A stretch of 64,000 nucleotides of DNA from a phage, in the sequence record PZ452581.1. One strand, written 5' to 3'. A program made the position numbers and the translations under genes. Below, piece by piece: positions 40,655 to 50,767 of this stretch. The notes beneath the pieces were generated by a model. That model ran no database searches. It saw only the letters and a program-made list of their open reading frames with translations, and was not told the DNA's origin. Numbering within the stretch: the stretch's first letter is position 1; each line of letters opens with the position of its first letter.

Positions 40655-41593
40655 TTATTTAAATTGTTCAGTAACGTCTTCAACTACTTCGTATTGGCAG
40701 GTACGCATTTTAGCATCGTTGTAATCAATCGGAATTGATACTACATCACGTGGATGTACTTTAACTTTTACAACTCGGCTGGTTGAACTGCCAAAGTGAC
40801 GAATATAAGATTTAGAACACACATGCAGACCACGAGAACAAGTTTGTGTATCATCGTCATTCACACGAGTACGCGGCATTTTAACTACTTTACCAGGACT
40901 GTTATCAAAGGTGTTTGAGTGACAGTCAAAGTAGTTGTCACGAACTACTTTCCAAGCATAGAAGTAACCATCTTCTGTAATTTCAATATCGTTTGCTACC
41001 AAGAAATCAAAGAGTCGAGATACCGCTTTCTGGCTTGGGTTTTCCAGCAGATTTTCCAAGAACGGAAAATAAAATTCAAAGTTTTCACCTTTTTCCATCG
41101 AATCGAGAATACGATCAACTAAACCAGACCGTAATTCGATATTTTGATAGAACAAGCTTCCGCCTTCAATTCGAACATCGCCGGAAATATATTTTTCAAC
41201 AGCGCGACGAACATTAATTTTTTGTGCCGCTTCTTCCAACTTATCTGCTACAAGCAGATTAAGAATTTCCTGGAAGTTTGAATGAGTATTAGGAGTTGCG
41301 TTATAAGTTACACCGTCAACAGTAATTGAAATGAATTTTTTAGATGCATTCCAAATAATGTCAGATTTAGCAACTGGAGCAATAACTGCATCGCTATTAA
41401 CTTTAACTGTAATATCACCGCTAATAGTAACTTTAGAGCGTTTAGCTTCTTCAGCATTTTTCAAAACACGACGGATTGTGTCAACCGATACACCTTGCCA
41501 ATCAGCTAATTCCTGTTGGGTGTAATTACCACTTGAATACAATTTAACAATTTCAGCTTGTTCGTTTTTGGTCAGGCATTTAATATTGTACAT
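40655..41593 (-). CDS. rIIB: rIIB membrane-associated protein
   Basis: 312 aa, directly downstream of rIIA; length and synteny match T4. Confidence 0.85.
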   Translation of the reverse strand: MYNIKCLTKNEQAEIVKLYSSGNYTQQELADWQGVSVDTIRRVLKNAEEAKRSKVTISGDITVKVNSDAVIAPVAKSDIIWNASKKFISITVDGVTYNATPNTHSNFQEILNLLVADKLEEAAQKINVRRAVEKYISGDVRIEGGSLFYQNIELRSGLVDRILDSMEKGENFEFYFPFLENLLENPSQKAVSRLFDFLVANDIEITEDGYFYAWKVVRDNYFDCHSNTFDNSPGKVVKMPRTRVNDDDTQTCSRGLHVCSKSYIRHFGSSTSRVVKVKVHPRDVVSIPIDYNDAKMRTCQYEVVEDVTEQFK

Positions 41594-41604
41594 AATTTTC
41601 CTTA

Positions 41605-43782
41605 TTAGGCCGCAAGGGCCTTCATAGTTTTAGCGATTTGGGAAACTTCATCATCGCTTAAAGAATTGCGATAACCGATGAAGTCGGAAACAATACGGAA
41701 TTTCTTGGTAAACTCAGCAACCATTTTATCACTATTTTTTGAAGCATTACGTGATAATTCATCAAAGAGATTAGTTACTGTCCAGATATCATGACCGATG
41801 GTATCTTTTCCACCATTGAAATACACACCGCGTAATGAACTAACCATATTACCAAGTCGTGTATATTCTTCAGAAACTTCATCTGTACTGAAGTACTTCA
41901 TCATAAAATCTAGTTCAGGATACTTGATAATTTTATCAATATATCGTTGAGCTGAACTTGAATAACCTACATACTTATCATAATCTACATCATCAAAAGC
42001 ATCTACATATAAATCACGCAAAGCTTCAAAAATACATTGGCACTGACCGAGTTCTTTTACCTTTTTCTGTAAAAGCGGACGAATAACATAAAATTCATTA
42101 ATGCCAATAAGATTAGCCATACGAATCAAAATATTCATAGATGGATGACAAAGTGATGTAGTACCATCCATAGAGAAAATATCAGAACGATGCATATACG
42201 CTACATAACCAGTAATTTCATCTGCTTCTGACGTAAGTGTAAATAATTCCTCTTTTTCCCAACGCCCATCTTTAATTTCAAACTTAAATGCTGTAGCAGC
42301 TTTAGGACGAGGAGCTTTACTTTTAACTACCTTTGGAATATAGCTTTTAACTAAAGCTTCAATTTCTGACAAATAATGAATGTTAACTTCATCACTTTCA
42401 AACATTGCCATAATATCAGGTAGTAAATCAATCTGCGATTCTACTTCCGGATTAATAAACAGAAGACGCTCATTGTGATGAATATTTAAAGTGTTATTAA
42501 ATTCACTATCATCTAGCGCATGTGCTAATCCACGGACAATATTAACACGATTTTTAATATTATCAATAACGATATTAATTTTTGTTGTATTAATACCAAA
42601 CAGACGATAACTTGACGCAACGGCTGATGTTTCATGACTTTGCTTAATGCGCTTCAGTCGAGGGTCAAGATTTACTTCATATACAACTCCTGCATTACAT
42701 AACTTACTGTCAGGTTCAAACATGCTCTGCATTTTCTTATATGACAGATTTTTAGTCGTGAATTTGACTGAATTACTAATCATATAATCTCGAGCAGAAT
42801 ACCCCATCTTCATCAATTCACGATATGTGTGACGAGGAGATGTAGATTCTTTAAATCGTTTTACATCTTCATTAAATGCTTTCTCACTAAGCTCTTTAAC
42901 TCGTTCAATAATATTTTTACGAGTGCGATCATCTAATGAAAGAGCTTCACGTGATGGAGCAATATCAAGTGAACCCATTGGAAATTTAATGTAATTCACT
43001 TCATTACGAATGCTTAGCCAGTTACGGTCTCTAATAACACCATCGATAGGATAAACAATACCACCATAGATAGCATATAATCCACCACGATCAGGCCAGT
43101 ATCTTTCTGGATTTACACCGTAATAGTCATCAAAATCCGGAAAATAATCAATTTCGCGGTCAAGACCATTAATGATAGCCAAATCTTTGAACGGTCGCAT
43201 GATATAAGAAACTTCATAAGCAAAGTTTCTAAAGTCTTTTTCTTCAACTGGAACTACGATTTCAATACCAGTTTTATCATCTGGACCCATTTCTTTCACG
43301 AATGTAGGTTTAATTTGTGGACCATCGCCATCCATGTAAGCTACATAACCACGAATTTCACCTTTATGATACGAAGTAATACTAAATGTATCAGTATAAC
43401 TAAACGGAGATTTAGAACCTAAACCAAATCCGCCAATGAAATCGTTAGATTCAGCCTTAGATGAACTGAAGTATGAATTATACAAACCAGGAGAATTATC
43501 ATCACCCTGAATATCAAAATCACTCATACCCGGACCAAAATCTCGGCAAACAAATCGTGGATCTAAACGTCCAGGAACTTGAATGATAAATTTTTCAGGA
43601 TTTCCATTGAGAGCATGGGCATCAATCATGTTGGTAATCAATTCACGGACTACTGCGCGAATTTTGTTTGTATACAAATCAGATGACAGAATTTTAAATA
43701 CTTTAGGAGATGCTGTGATGCTAAATGCTTTTGATTTAGAACCATTACCAAGAATTGTTTCTTTTTCAGTGGTGATAATCAT
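41605..43782 (-). CDS. rIIA: rIIA protein (GHKL ATPase-like N-terminus)
   Basis: 725 aa; length and synteny match T4. Confidence 0.9.
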   Translation of the reverse strand: MIITTEKETILGNGSKSKAFSITASPKVFKILSSDLYTNKIRAVVRELITNMIDAHALNGNPEKFIIQVPGRLDPRFVCRDFGPGMSDFDIQGDDNSPGLYNSYFSSSKAESNDFIGGFGLGSKSPFSYTDTFSITSYHKGEIRGYVAYMDGDGPQIKPTFVKEMGPDDKTGIEIVVPVEEKDFRNFAYEVSYIMRPFKDLAIINGLDREIDYFPDFDDYYGVNPERYWPDRGGLYAIYGGIVYPIDGVIRDRNWLSIRNEVNYIKFPMGSLDIAPSREALSLDDRTRKNIIERVKELSEKAFNEDVKRFKESTSPRHTYRELMKMGYSARDYMISNSVKFTTKNLSYKKMQSMFEPDSKLCNAGVVYEVNLDPRLKRIKQSHETSAVASSYRLFGINTTKINIVIDNIKNRVNIVRGLAHALDDSEFNNTLNIHHNERLLFINPEVESQIDLLPDIMAMFESDEVNIHYLSEIEALVKSYIPKVVKSKAPRPKAATAFKFEIKDGRWEKEELFTLTSEADEITGYVAYMHRSDIFSMDGTTSLCHPSMNILIRMANLIGINEFYVIRPLLQKKVKELGQCQCIFEALRDLYVDAFDDVDYDKYVGYSSSAQRYIDKIIKYPELDFMMKYFSTDEVSEEYTRLGNMVSSLRGVYFNGGKDTIGHDIWTVTNLFDELSRNASKNSDKMVAEFTKKFRIVSDFIGYRNSLSDDEVSQIAKTMKALAA

Positions 43783-43792
43783 AATTTCCTCA

Positions 43793-43996
43793 TTAATTCA
43801 TATTACGCTTAATAACTTCAGCAACTTCTAGTAGTTCATCTTTAGTTGCAGTGTCGGATTGAATTTTATCTCTAATATCTTTAAAGCGGTTTTTAAATTC
43901 TTCGGCTTCTCCCATATCGAAAAAGCGTTGAATGATTCTATATTCTCGATGAACTGCTTTATCAAAAAGTTCTAAATTTACTCTATATGATTTCAT
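43793..43996 (-). CDS. hypothetical protein (rIIA.1-like)
   Basis: 67-aa ORF; promoter GTTTAC ... TGGTATAAT upstream at 44019-44050. Confidence 0.6.
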   Translation of the reverse strand: MKSYRVNLELFDKAVHREYRIIQRFFDMGEAEEFKNRFKDIRDKIQSDTATKDELLEVAEVIKRNMN

Positions 43997-44018
43997 TTCA
44001 ATATCCTCATTTGCCCAA

Positions 44019-44050
44019 TTAATTATACCACATCCTTGTGGTAAAGTAAA
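44019..44050 (-). promoter_or_regulatory. early promoter (GTTTAC and TGGTATAAT)
   Basis: Minus strand GTTTACTTTACCACAAGGATGTGGTATAATTAAT. Confidence 0.6.
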
Positions 44051-45871
44051 CTACTGGCTCATCCATTCTTTACGAAGGTCAGCATTATCTCCCATGAGCA
44101 TTTCAAAAAGCTCTTTCCAGTTCTCAGGAAGTTTAACAACATCATATACTGGATTTTGAATCATCTCACGATATTCAGATTTTTCCAAAGAGCCAAGTCC
44201 TTTAATATAACGGATGCTATGTTTAGGTAGAGCATCTTTGGCACTCTCATATTCAGCGACTGTATAAAACCATTCTTGTTTTTTACCGACCTGAGCGATG
44301 ATTACAGGAGTTTTGACAAAGCGAATTCGTCCTTGCTCAAACAGTTCTGGCCAATTACTAAAAAATCCAAGAAGAGAAGGATAAATGCTTCCTAGACCAT
44401 CATGGTCAGCATCAGTCATAATAGCAATATTATGATAATTCAAGTTTTCAGCCTTTTCACCAAGAACTAATCCAGTGATTGCGCAAATGTCAAACAGTTC
44501 TTTGTTTTTAAGCATATCGGCATATGACATACCCCAGCTATTAAGAACTTTACCACGTAATGGATAACCGCCATGAAGTTCTTTATCACGAACATCAATA
44601 AGATATCCGATAGCAGAATCACCCTCAGTCAAGAAAAGAGTAGTGTCAGCGTCTTTACCGCAAAGATTCGCTTTAATGTGTTTATGAACCTTAGCTTTAG
44701 AAGCCTTTTTAGCTGCTTTAGTTTCTGCTGCTTTTTCTGCCGCCAATTTACGAGCCAAGGCAGCTTCAATAATTGGCATTAAAATTGCTTCATTGTTTAA
44801 AATAGCGCGTGAAATCTTTTTAGCATCAAGCTGAATATGACTACGAATTTCACCAAATGGAGAAGTCAAACGCTCTTTAGTCTGAGAATCAAATCGCATG
44901 TTTTTCATATCACGAACGAACATAACGATAGTCAAACATTCTTTAACGCGTGCTTTAGTTACATCAATTTTGAACTTACGTTTGATTTGTGGAATAAGGT
45001 CTTCACAAATATCATCCATAACACAGTCAATGTGATGGCCACCATTCTTAGTGTGAATGTTATTCACATAAGTTAATTGGCGAAATCCATCCGGTGAACG
45101 ACCAACCGCAATAGAACAATTTTCTTGTTCTTGAACAATAGCATGTTCATCATACTGTCGTGCATATTTCTTAAAATTGCCCTGAACCTTTTTACCATTA
45201 AAGGTAAATTGAATATCAGGATAAACAACAGCAAGTGTCTGGAGACGATCTAGTGTAATGTCAAGATAAACTTGGGACAGCTCATTAGTTTCAAATGACA
45301 TAAAATCTGGAATGAAAGTAACACGAGTTCCTTTCCATTTTCCAGGAATAGTTTCCCAGGATTTATTTTCCATGCCATTTGAACAACGAACTACAATATT
45401 ATTTTGACCATCGCCAGTTTCACCGACAAACATCACAGAAAAAATGTTAGTTAAACTAGAACCAACACCGTTCATACCGCCAGTGACGCGTTCTTTATCA
45501 TCACCGAAGTTACCACCTGCTTTTGGAATAGTCCAAGCAGCAACAGGACCAGGAATTTCTTCACCAGTAGGTGTTTTAACCATCGCTTGTGGAATACCGC
45601 GACCGTTATCTTCAACTGTTACTTGATTGTTTTTAATAGTAACATTAATTTTATTTGCGAATTTAAACTTAGTACGAATACCTTCATCTACTGAGTTATC
45701 GATAATTTCATCAATAAGCTTAACAAGACCAGGTACATACTGAACACTTTCCCATTTACCAAACAGAAAGCGCTCATGCATTTCATTAGCAGAAGAACCA
45801 ATGTACATGCCGCTACGCTTTTTGATATGTTCAATATCGCTCAGAATTTTAATTTCATTCTTAATCATCAC
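44051..45871 (-). CDS. 39: DNA topoisomerase II large subunit, unsplit (GyrB-like ATPase)
   Basis: 606-aa continuous ORF; GHKL motifs (VEDNGRGIP, GGxxGxG); no separate gene 60. Confidence 0.9.
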   Translation of the reverse strand: MMIKNEIKILSDIEHIKKRSGMYIGSSANEMHERFLFGKWESVQYVPGLVKLIDEIIDNSVDEGIRTKFKFANKINVTIKNNQVTVEDNGRGIPQAMVKTPTGEEIPGPVAAWTIPKAGGNFGDDKERVTGGMNGVGSSLTNIFSVMFVGETGDGQNNIVVRCSNGMENKSWETIPGKWKGTRVTFIPDFMSFETNELSQVYLDITLDRLQTLAVVYPDIQFTFNGKKVQGNFKKYARQYDEHAIVQEQENCSIAVGRSPDGFRQLTYVNNIHTKNGGHHIDCVMDDICEDLIPQIKRKFKIDVTKARVKECLTIVMFVRDMKNMRFDSQTKERLTSPFGEIRSHIQLDAKKISRAILNNEAILMPIIEAALARKLAAEKAAETKAAKKASKAKVHKHIKANLCGKDADTTLFLTEGDSAIGYLIDVRDKELHGGYPLRGKVLNSWGMSYADMLKNKELFDICAITGLVLGEKAENLNYHNIAIMTDADHDGLGSIYPSLLGFFSNWPELFEQGRIRFVKTPVIIAQVGKKQEWFYTVAEYESAKDALPKHSIRYIKGLGSLEKSEYREMIQNPVYDVVKLPENWKELFEMLMGDNADLRKEWMSQ

Positions 45872-45937
45872 TTATCCTCGTTTGGTTTCGGGAATATTAT
45901 ACTCCGGTAATCATAAAGCTAAAGGCCCGAAGGCCTT

Positions 45938-46210
45938 TTATTTAAAACGGATAGTCGAATCCTTGAAGAATAGACCAGAACATACTGTTCCTTCTACTTT
46001 CTGCCCGGTAGGTCCAATAGCACGAAATCCAGTATGTTGGAAATCATTTTCAGAGCAACCGAACCAATTATATCCAGTGATTTCAATATTAGTAAAACCG
46101 CTTGAAGACAAAATTTTGGTTGCATTATCAGCATCAGTACATCCTACTAAAGATACTGCTAATACTAATGCTGCGATAGAACGATTAACATATTTCATAA
46201 TTTCACTCAA
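45938..46210 (-). CDS. putative lipoprotein
   Basis: 90 aa; signal peptide with lipobox SLVGCT. Confidence 0.55.
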   Translation of the reverse strand: MSEIMKYVNRSIAALVLAVSLVGCTDADNATKILSSSGFTNIEITGYNWFGCSENDFQHTGFRAIGPTGQKVEGTVCSGLFFKDSTIRFK

Positions 46211-46574
46211 ATTTAATGGCTTGAAGAAGACTAATAATTCTCAAGCGACTTCTTTCATCTTTAACTGTAAAAGAAAGAGGGTCACCAGATTTCATAGTGA
46301 TGGTGCATCCAAAATCAAAATCTTCTGTAACTTCTTCGAAGAAGTCAAATTCTTCATCATAAATTAGAACATTACTCTGAAAGCTGTGAAGAATTTTTCC
46401 ATCATTTCCAGATGCTGTACTAATCATTGTAACATTATGACCTTTCATATCTTCAACGATAAATTCGCTTGTAGATATTACTGCATTAATAGAACCGTTC
46501 CTATGAATAGCAGAAAATAGATATTTCTTTTCTTCACCTTCGCGAACACGATATTTCTTACCGATTTTAAACAT
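46203..46574 (-). CDS. hypothetical protein
   Basis: 123-aa ORF. Confidence 0.55.
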   Translation of the reverse strand: MFKIGKKYRVREGEEKKYLFSAIHRNGSINAVISTSEFIVEDMKGHNVTMISTASGNDGKILHSFQSNVLIYDEEFDFFEEVTEDFDFGCTITMKSGDPLSFTVKDERSRLRIISLLQAIKFE

Positions 46575-46576
46575 AA

Positions 46577-46753
46577 TTACCCTTTAAGTAAGTCGTAAAA
46601 TCCACCATTCACATGCTTAGGAGCAGAAGGCCGACGAGTAGACAAACGATGACATTTAGGGCAAACATCATTTTCTCGTTCAGAAATCTTTTTAATTTTT
46701 TCATATTCATGCCCGCAATCTTCGGATTGGCATTTATAATCATACATTGGCAT
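46577..46753 (-). CDS. zinc-ribbon protein (FmdB-like, CxxC...CxxC)
   Basis: 58-aa ORF MPMYDYKCQSEDCGHEYE...CPKCH; below track cutoff. Confidence 0.45.
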   Translation of the reverse strand: MPMYDYKCQSEDCGHEYEKIKKISERENDVCPKCHRLSTRRPSAPKHVNGGFYDLLKG

Positions 46754-46755
46754 AA

Positions 46756-47175
46756 TTATTCCTTAAAGTGTGCTTTCAACATCTGATACAAGGACCATGC
46801 CTGTTCATTATTTTCAATAGTAACTTTCATGACAGGAAATTCTGTGAAATCTTCTATTTGTTCTTGCTCTTCCTGCTCTTGCTCTTCAGATGCCTGATAT
46901 GGATTTTCAACTTCATCGAAGAACTCAGCTTCGTTAGTAGAAAGCCAGATAAAGTTTTCATCAAGGATATCACCATGTTTTGCATATCCAATTGTGCCAG
47001 TAGATGACATAATTTTAGTAGGACGCCCAAGATAATCAGCATCTAAAATTTTAAAAGGTTCCATACCTAAACGGCGCGCATAGATTCCGTTATCAGTATG
47101 GTCTTTAATAAAATTTTCTTGAGCTTGTTTATTTTTAAATTGATACCATTTATTAACTTCAAATCTAATAGCCAT
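46756..47175 (-). CDS. hypothetical protein with acidic [10 protein letters not shown] tract
   Basis: 139-aa ORF. Confidence 0.55.
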   Translation of the reverse strand: MAIRFEVNKWYQFKNKQAQENFIKDHTDNGIYARRLGMEPFKILDADYLGRPTKIMSSTGTIGYAKHGDILDENFIWLSTNEAEFFDEVENPYQASEEQEQEEQEQIEDFTEFPVMKVTIENNEQAWSLYQMLKAHFKE

Positions 47176-47390
47176 TAATAAATTTCCTTCCAGTAAGTTG
47201 TACCGTCTTCAGTGATTTCACGGAATACACCATAAATCGGTTGTTTATCACCAACCTTTTCATACACATAAACCGAAGTCAAGTGAGTAAACTTAACGGT
47301 ATGTTCCTTTTGAACTACTACCAAATCTGGATCGAATAATACATCTTCAAATTCATCATTAGTGCAATTCTGAACAATTTTACGTTTCAT
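47175..47390 (-). CDS. hypothetical protein (cef-like size and position)
   Basis: 71-aa ORF. Confidence 0.5.
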   Translation of the reverse strand: MKRKIVQNCTNDEFEDVLFDPDLVVVQKEHTVKFTHLTSVYVYEKVGDKQPIYGVFREITEDGTTYWKEIY

Positions 47391-47403
47391 TACAATTTCC
47401 TCA

Positions 47404-47685
47404 TTAATTGAACAGTGGAGCGATGCGTTTCAGAAGAGTAGCAGCACCTTTAGCGAATTTTACATCATGAAAAACAGTTTCTTCTTCTGTAACAACTCGA
47501 ACTTTAATATTTTCGCAATCCCAATTTTTGCGAACAATCTTCAAAAGCTGCAGTAAATCTTTACATTCAGCAATATCGATAACACATCCACGAGAATCTT
47601 CCATTATCGCACGATAACCGTAAGCCATACCATAATCATTAAAAGATTGCTCGATGATAATTAAGTTTTCCATTTTATTCTCCAA
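47404..47685 (-). CDS. hypothetical protein
   Basis: 93-aa ORF. Confidence 0.5.
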   Translation of the reverse strand: MENKMENLIIIEQSFNDYGMAYGYRAIMEDSRGCVIDIAECKDLLQLLKIVRKNWDCENIKVRVVTEEETVFHDVKFAKGAATLLKRIAPLFN

Positions 47686-47770
47686 GTTGTTTTCTGTATC
47701 AGTAGTTGATATTGATATAGTACCATAATCAACTACTGATGTATATAGTTTTATGAAAAAATTTTAAACT

Positions 47771-48262
47771 TTATGCATAGCGAGCTTTGCTGTAGTGTTT
47801 AATCCAACTTTCAGGAATGACTTTGTATGTTCCTAAAAATACCGCGTTGTATAACTTAACGCCATCTTCTACCCATTGATCAGTAATGTATGCACACATA
47901 GCGCGAGTACGGTTAACAACACCTTCCTCACCTTCAGTAAATTCAAACTCATAAGGAGCAACGAACTTGATAGCTTGACCGAGTTTCCACTTAAAGTCTA
48001 CACCTACATGCGAAGTATCAATCGTTTCAATTCCTTTAGCGGGAACAGCTTTCAAAAACGCAGGCTCAAGAAATTTCCATCGAACATAACCAAACTGAGG
48101 TTTAGACATTCCATCTTTAGGAATGATACGCACTTTTACTTCAGAATCTTCATCTTTAACACCATGTTTAAGCTGAATGCTTACGACTTCAACCAATTTT
48201 CCTGCTGCCTTAGAACGGGATTTATCAGATACACGAGCAATTTCACCGATATTAATATTCAT
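47771..48262 (-). CDS. MotB-like protein (assignment by size and synteny)
   Basis: 163 aa; C-terminal segment paralogous to the next ORF. Confidence 0.55.
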   Translation of the reverse strand: MNINIGEIARVSDKSRSKAAGKLVEVVSIQLKHGVKDEDSEVKVRIIPKDGMSKPQFGYVRWKFLEPAFLKAVPAKGIETIDTSHVGVDFKWKLGQAIKFVAPYEFEFTEGEEGVVNRTRAMCAYITDQWVEDGVKLYNAVFLGTYKVIPESWIKHYSKARYA

Positions 48263-48299
48263 AATTATCTCTCACTTGTTAAAAAGATTTTATACTCCA

Positions 48300-48336
48300 C
48301 AGGACCATTATACTCTGGTCCCAAGAGTTTGTAAAC
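48300..48336 (-). promoter_or_regulatory. early promoter (GTTTAC ... TATAAT)
   Basis: Minus strand GTTTACAAACTCTTGGGACCAGAGTATAATGG. Confidence 0.55.
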
Positions 48337-48773
48337 TAGCTTACACGAACATTAATCACTGCGCTACGAGGAACTACAGAGTATTCTCCAGCATGAACTA
48401 CGTTCAGAAGTTCAACACCATCTTCAATCCACTGATCAGTCACCCATCCACCCACAGGATTCGCGAATGGACGACGAATATAAACTGCCTTACACAGCAG
48501 ATCAGTTGGATCTTCAGGTTTTTCAATTTCTGTCAATAGACTAAAATCTTTTTCATAAATAATAAGCGGTGATACCATTCCATAATAGTTTCTAATTTCA
48601 ATATACATCATACCGATAAGAATTCCGCTATTAACACTAATAACAGTAAAAGGATATCCGCCAGTTAAACCAAGAAGTTCACAAAACTTATTATGAGCTG
48701 TATTAGACAGTACCGAAAAATTCTTAATTTCATCAAATTTTTTCAATTGATAAACAGCATTATTTTTAATCAT
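48336..48773 (-). CDS. paralogue of MotB-like protein
   Basis: 145 aa; C-terminus VTDQWIEDGVELLNVVHAGEYSVVP aligns with ITDQWVEDGVKLYNAVFLGTYKVIP of the upstream neighbour. Confidence 0.55.
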   Translation of the reverse strand: MIKNNAVYQLKKFDEIKNFSVLSNTAHNKFCELLGLTGGYPFTVISVNSGILIGMMYIEIRNYYGMVSPLIIYEKDFSLLTEIEKPEDPTDLLCKAVYIRRPFANPVGGWVTDQWIEDGVELLNVVHAGEYSVVPRSAVINVRVS

Positions 48774-48783
48774 GATTTTCTCT

Positions 48784-49287
48784 TTAATTTAAAGTAATAA
48801 AGCCTTTTAATTCGGCATGTGATTTGCGGAACATTACTTGGTGCCCGCCAATGATAACTTGATCATCTGGAACTTCGTATACAGCGAGATAAAATCCTTT
48901 AGAAGATAATTCTTCACGCTCTTCTCGTGTGAACCATCTCATCATATCATATTCGCTAGCGAAAGCAAAATGATAAAGAGCTATAAACCATCCTGGAATA
49001 TAGTGATCTACGCCTACATATTCTTCTTTCTCAAAATTAGTATTAATTGCTATATTAGCATTTTTAACTAATAATTTGTCTTCGTGTGGAAGAGGAATTC
49101 TTTTATTATCATTACTATGATGCATAAAATTAGGTCTGTCATAACCTACGTGTAATAACCACTCTTCGCTCCATGAATCTATTATACTCCTGTATGGCGT
49201 TATTTGAACACAAAGATCTCGACGTATTGTTATAGCATCTTCATAATTAAGAATACTAAACGATGATTCAACACGATAAATTTTCAT
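48784..49287 (-). CDS. hypothetical protein
   Basis: Internal ATG at 49287 with GAGGATAAT Shine-Dalgarno, promoter motif 49308-49344; track ORF extends to 49326. Confidence 0.55.
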   Translation of the reverse strand: MKIYRVESSFSILNYEDAITIRRDLCVQITPYRSIIDSWSEEWLLHVGYDRPNFMHHSNDNKRIPLPHEDKLLVKNANIAINTNFEKEEYVGVDHYIPGWFIALYHFAFASEYDMMRWFTREEREELSSKGFYLAVYEVPDDQVIIGGHQVMFRKSHAELKGFITLN

Positions 49288-49307
49288 TTTATTATCCTCA
49301 GTAGCTA

Positions 49308-49344
49308 TGGTGTTATAGTACCACAACTAACCGAGGAAGTAAAC
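49308..49344 (-). promoter_or_regulatory. early promoter-like element
   Basis: Minus strand GTTTACTTCCTCGGTTAGTTGTGGTACTATAACACC. Confidence 0.55.
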
Positions 49345-49350
49345 AACTTT

Positions 49351-50034
49351 TTATCGTTTTGTTGGAAGAGATAGAGGATCGCAATCTTCCTCTGATGGAG
49401 CATCTTCAAGACCCATAGCATATCGCAAAGCGTACTTCATCATCAGGATGTCTTTCGCACAGTCATGAATAGAATCATGTGCAACGAATCCATCTAAAGT
49501 TCCCTTTGGAAGAGGACATGTGGTCATATCACGAACAAGCAGAAGTGCTTCAATTCTGGTACGAATATCACGCTGATTCCAGAATTTACATGGTTCTAAC
49601 TTAAATGTGTCAAGCTCATTCTCAGATACACCATTAAGGCGTTGAATATCACGAATGAGATCGACTAAAATTGGAAAATCAAACGACATTCCACGGCACC
49701 AGCCTTGAGATTTCCAAGGATCGATATTATGTGCATTGATGTAATCATTAAATTTCGCAATACCGTCGATAGTGCTTACATCTTCATCGGACGGTGCAAT
49801 ATTTTTTCGAGCTTCAGGAGATTGATTCTTCCACCATTCGATAGTACTTTTAGTAAAAAGACGATGTCCTTTTTGGCTTTTTAAATCAAATTTGATTTTA
49901 ATGCCACGTGAAACTAATTCATCGAATGTTTCAACCACTTCTGGATTAGGGTCAAAAGCAATTACAGCTAAATCAATAACCGCTGCTTTTTCACCACTTC
50001 CCATTGTTTCAAAATCTATAATAAAATCAAACAT
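49351..50034 (-). CDS. dexA: exonuclease A (DEDD 3'-5' exonuclease)
   Basis: 227 aa; Exo I motif IDFET. Confidence 0.8.
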   Translation of the reverse strand: MFDFIIDFETMGSGEKAAVIDLAVIAFDPNPEVVETFDELVSRGIKIKFDLKSQKGHRLFTKSTIEWWKNQSPEARKNIAPSDEDVSTIDGIAKFNDYINAHNIDPWKSQGWCRGMSFDFPILVDLIRDIQRLNGVSENELDTFKLEPCKFWNQRDIRTRIEALLLVRDMTTCPLPKGTLDGFVAHDSIHDCAKDILMMKYALRYAMGLEDAPSEEDCDPLSLPTKR

Positions 50035-50291
50035 TAAATTTTCCTTGCTAAATCGCGAATTTGACCTACAGTATAGTCTTGAATATAAACTTTATTAATA
50101 GGCTCATCAATAAATTTTGCCATAGATTCAATATCTTTTTGTATCTCTTTAAGACTGTATACTATCTTTGAAGCTTTTTCGCGAATAGTAATATTTTCAG
50201 GACCTGGATTTTCTTCAATGACAGCTTTAACATTTGTCATAAGAGATTTAAACTGGTACCAACTCAACTCAATCATTAATAATCGCCTCAT
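50034..50291 (-). CDS. hypothetical protein (dexA.x paralogue family)
   Basis: 85 aa; paralogous to the next ORF. Confidence 0.55.
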   Translation of the reverse strand: MRRLLMIELSWYQFKSLMTNVKAVIEENPGPENITIREKASKIVYSLKEIQKDIESMAKFIDEPINKVYIQDYTVGQIRDLARKI

Positions 50292-50529
50292 AAAGATAGC
50301 TAATTTCGCCTAAAACGTAATCATTGATTGTAACAGTTTTCACTTCACCACAAAAGAATTCTAACGCAATTAAATCTCGTTCAATTTCTTCTAATTGAAG
50401 CATCAACTTACTAGATTCAATTTTTACAGTTTCACGATTTTTACCATGAGCAATTTCATAAATTTCGCTAACTTTATCCTGAAGAAGATAAAACTGATCT
50501 TTAGTTATTTCCACGAATAGCTTCCTCAA
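50269..50529 (-). CDS. hypothetical protein (dexA.x paralogue family)
   Basis: 86 aa. Confidence 0.55.
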   Translation of the reverse strand: MRKLFVEITKDQFYLLQDKVSEIYEIAHGKNRETVKIESSKLMLQLEEIERDLIALEFFCGEVKTVTINDYVLGEISYLYEAIIND

Positions 50530-50761
50530 ATTTAATTAGTAATTTACAGACACTTTCATCTAGTGTAATTACCGTATCTGTATTACTGTGATATGATTGT
50601 TTTTCAATTCGTTTAATTGCTAATATAGTATCACTTATAAGATAAAGCTTATGAAGGAGCTCAGCTCCTGTTATCATAACATTAAGATTATCTTGCTTAT
50701 TAGTATGCTTCCTTATACCATCTATTAGACGATTTAAATATTTTGAATTGATGTTAATCAT
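50501..50761 (-). CDS. hypothetical protein
   Basis: 86 aa. Confidence 0.5.
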   Translation of the reverse strand: MININSKYLNRLIDGIRKHTNKQDNLNVMITGAELLHKLYLISDTILAIKRIEKQSYHSNTDTVITLDESVCKLLIKFEEAIRGNN

Positions 50762-50767
50762 ATATCC

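Noticed and set aside
45801-46367. 188-aa plus-strand ORF spanning the gene 39 start and the lipoprotein gene
   Set aside because: Antisense across two well-supported minus-strand genes and an intergenic hairpin; no Shine-Dalgarno.
47700-47760. Possible additional early promoter upstream of 47404-47685
   Set aside because: Has the TGGTACTATA -10-like element but lacks a recognisable GTTTAC at the expected spacing; too weak to call.
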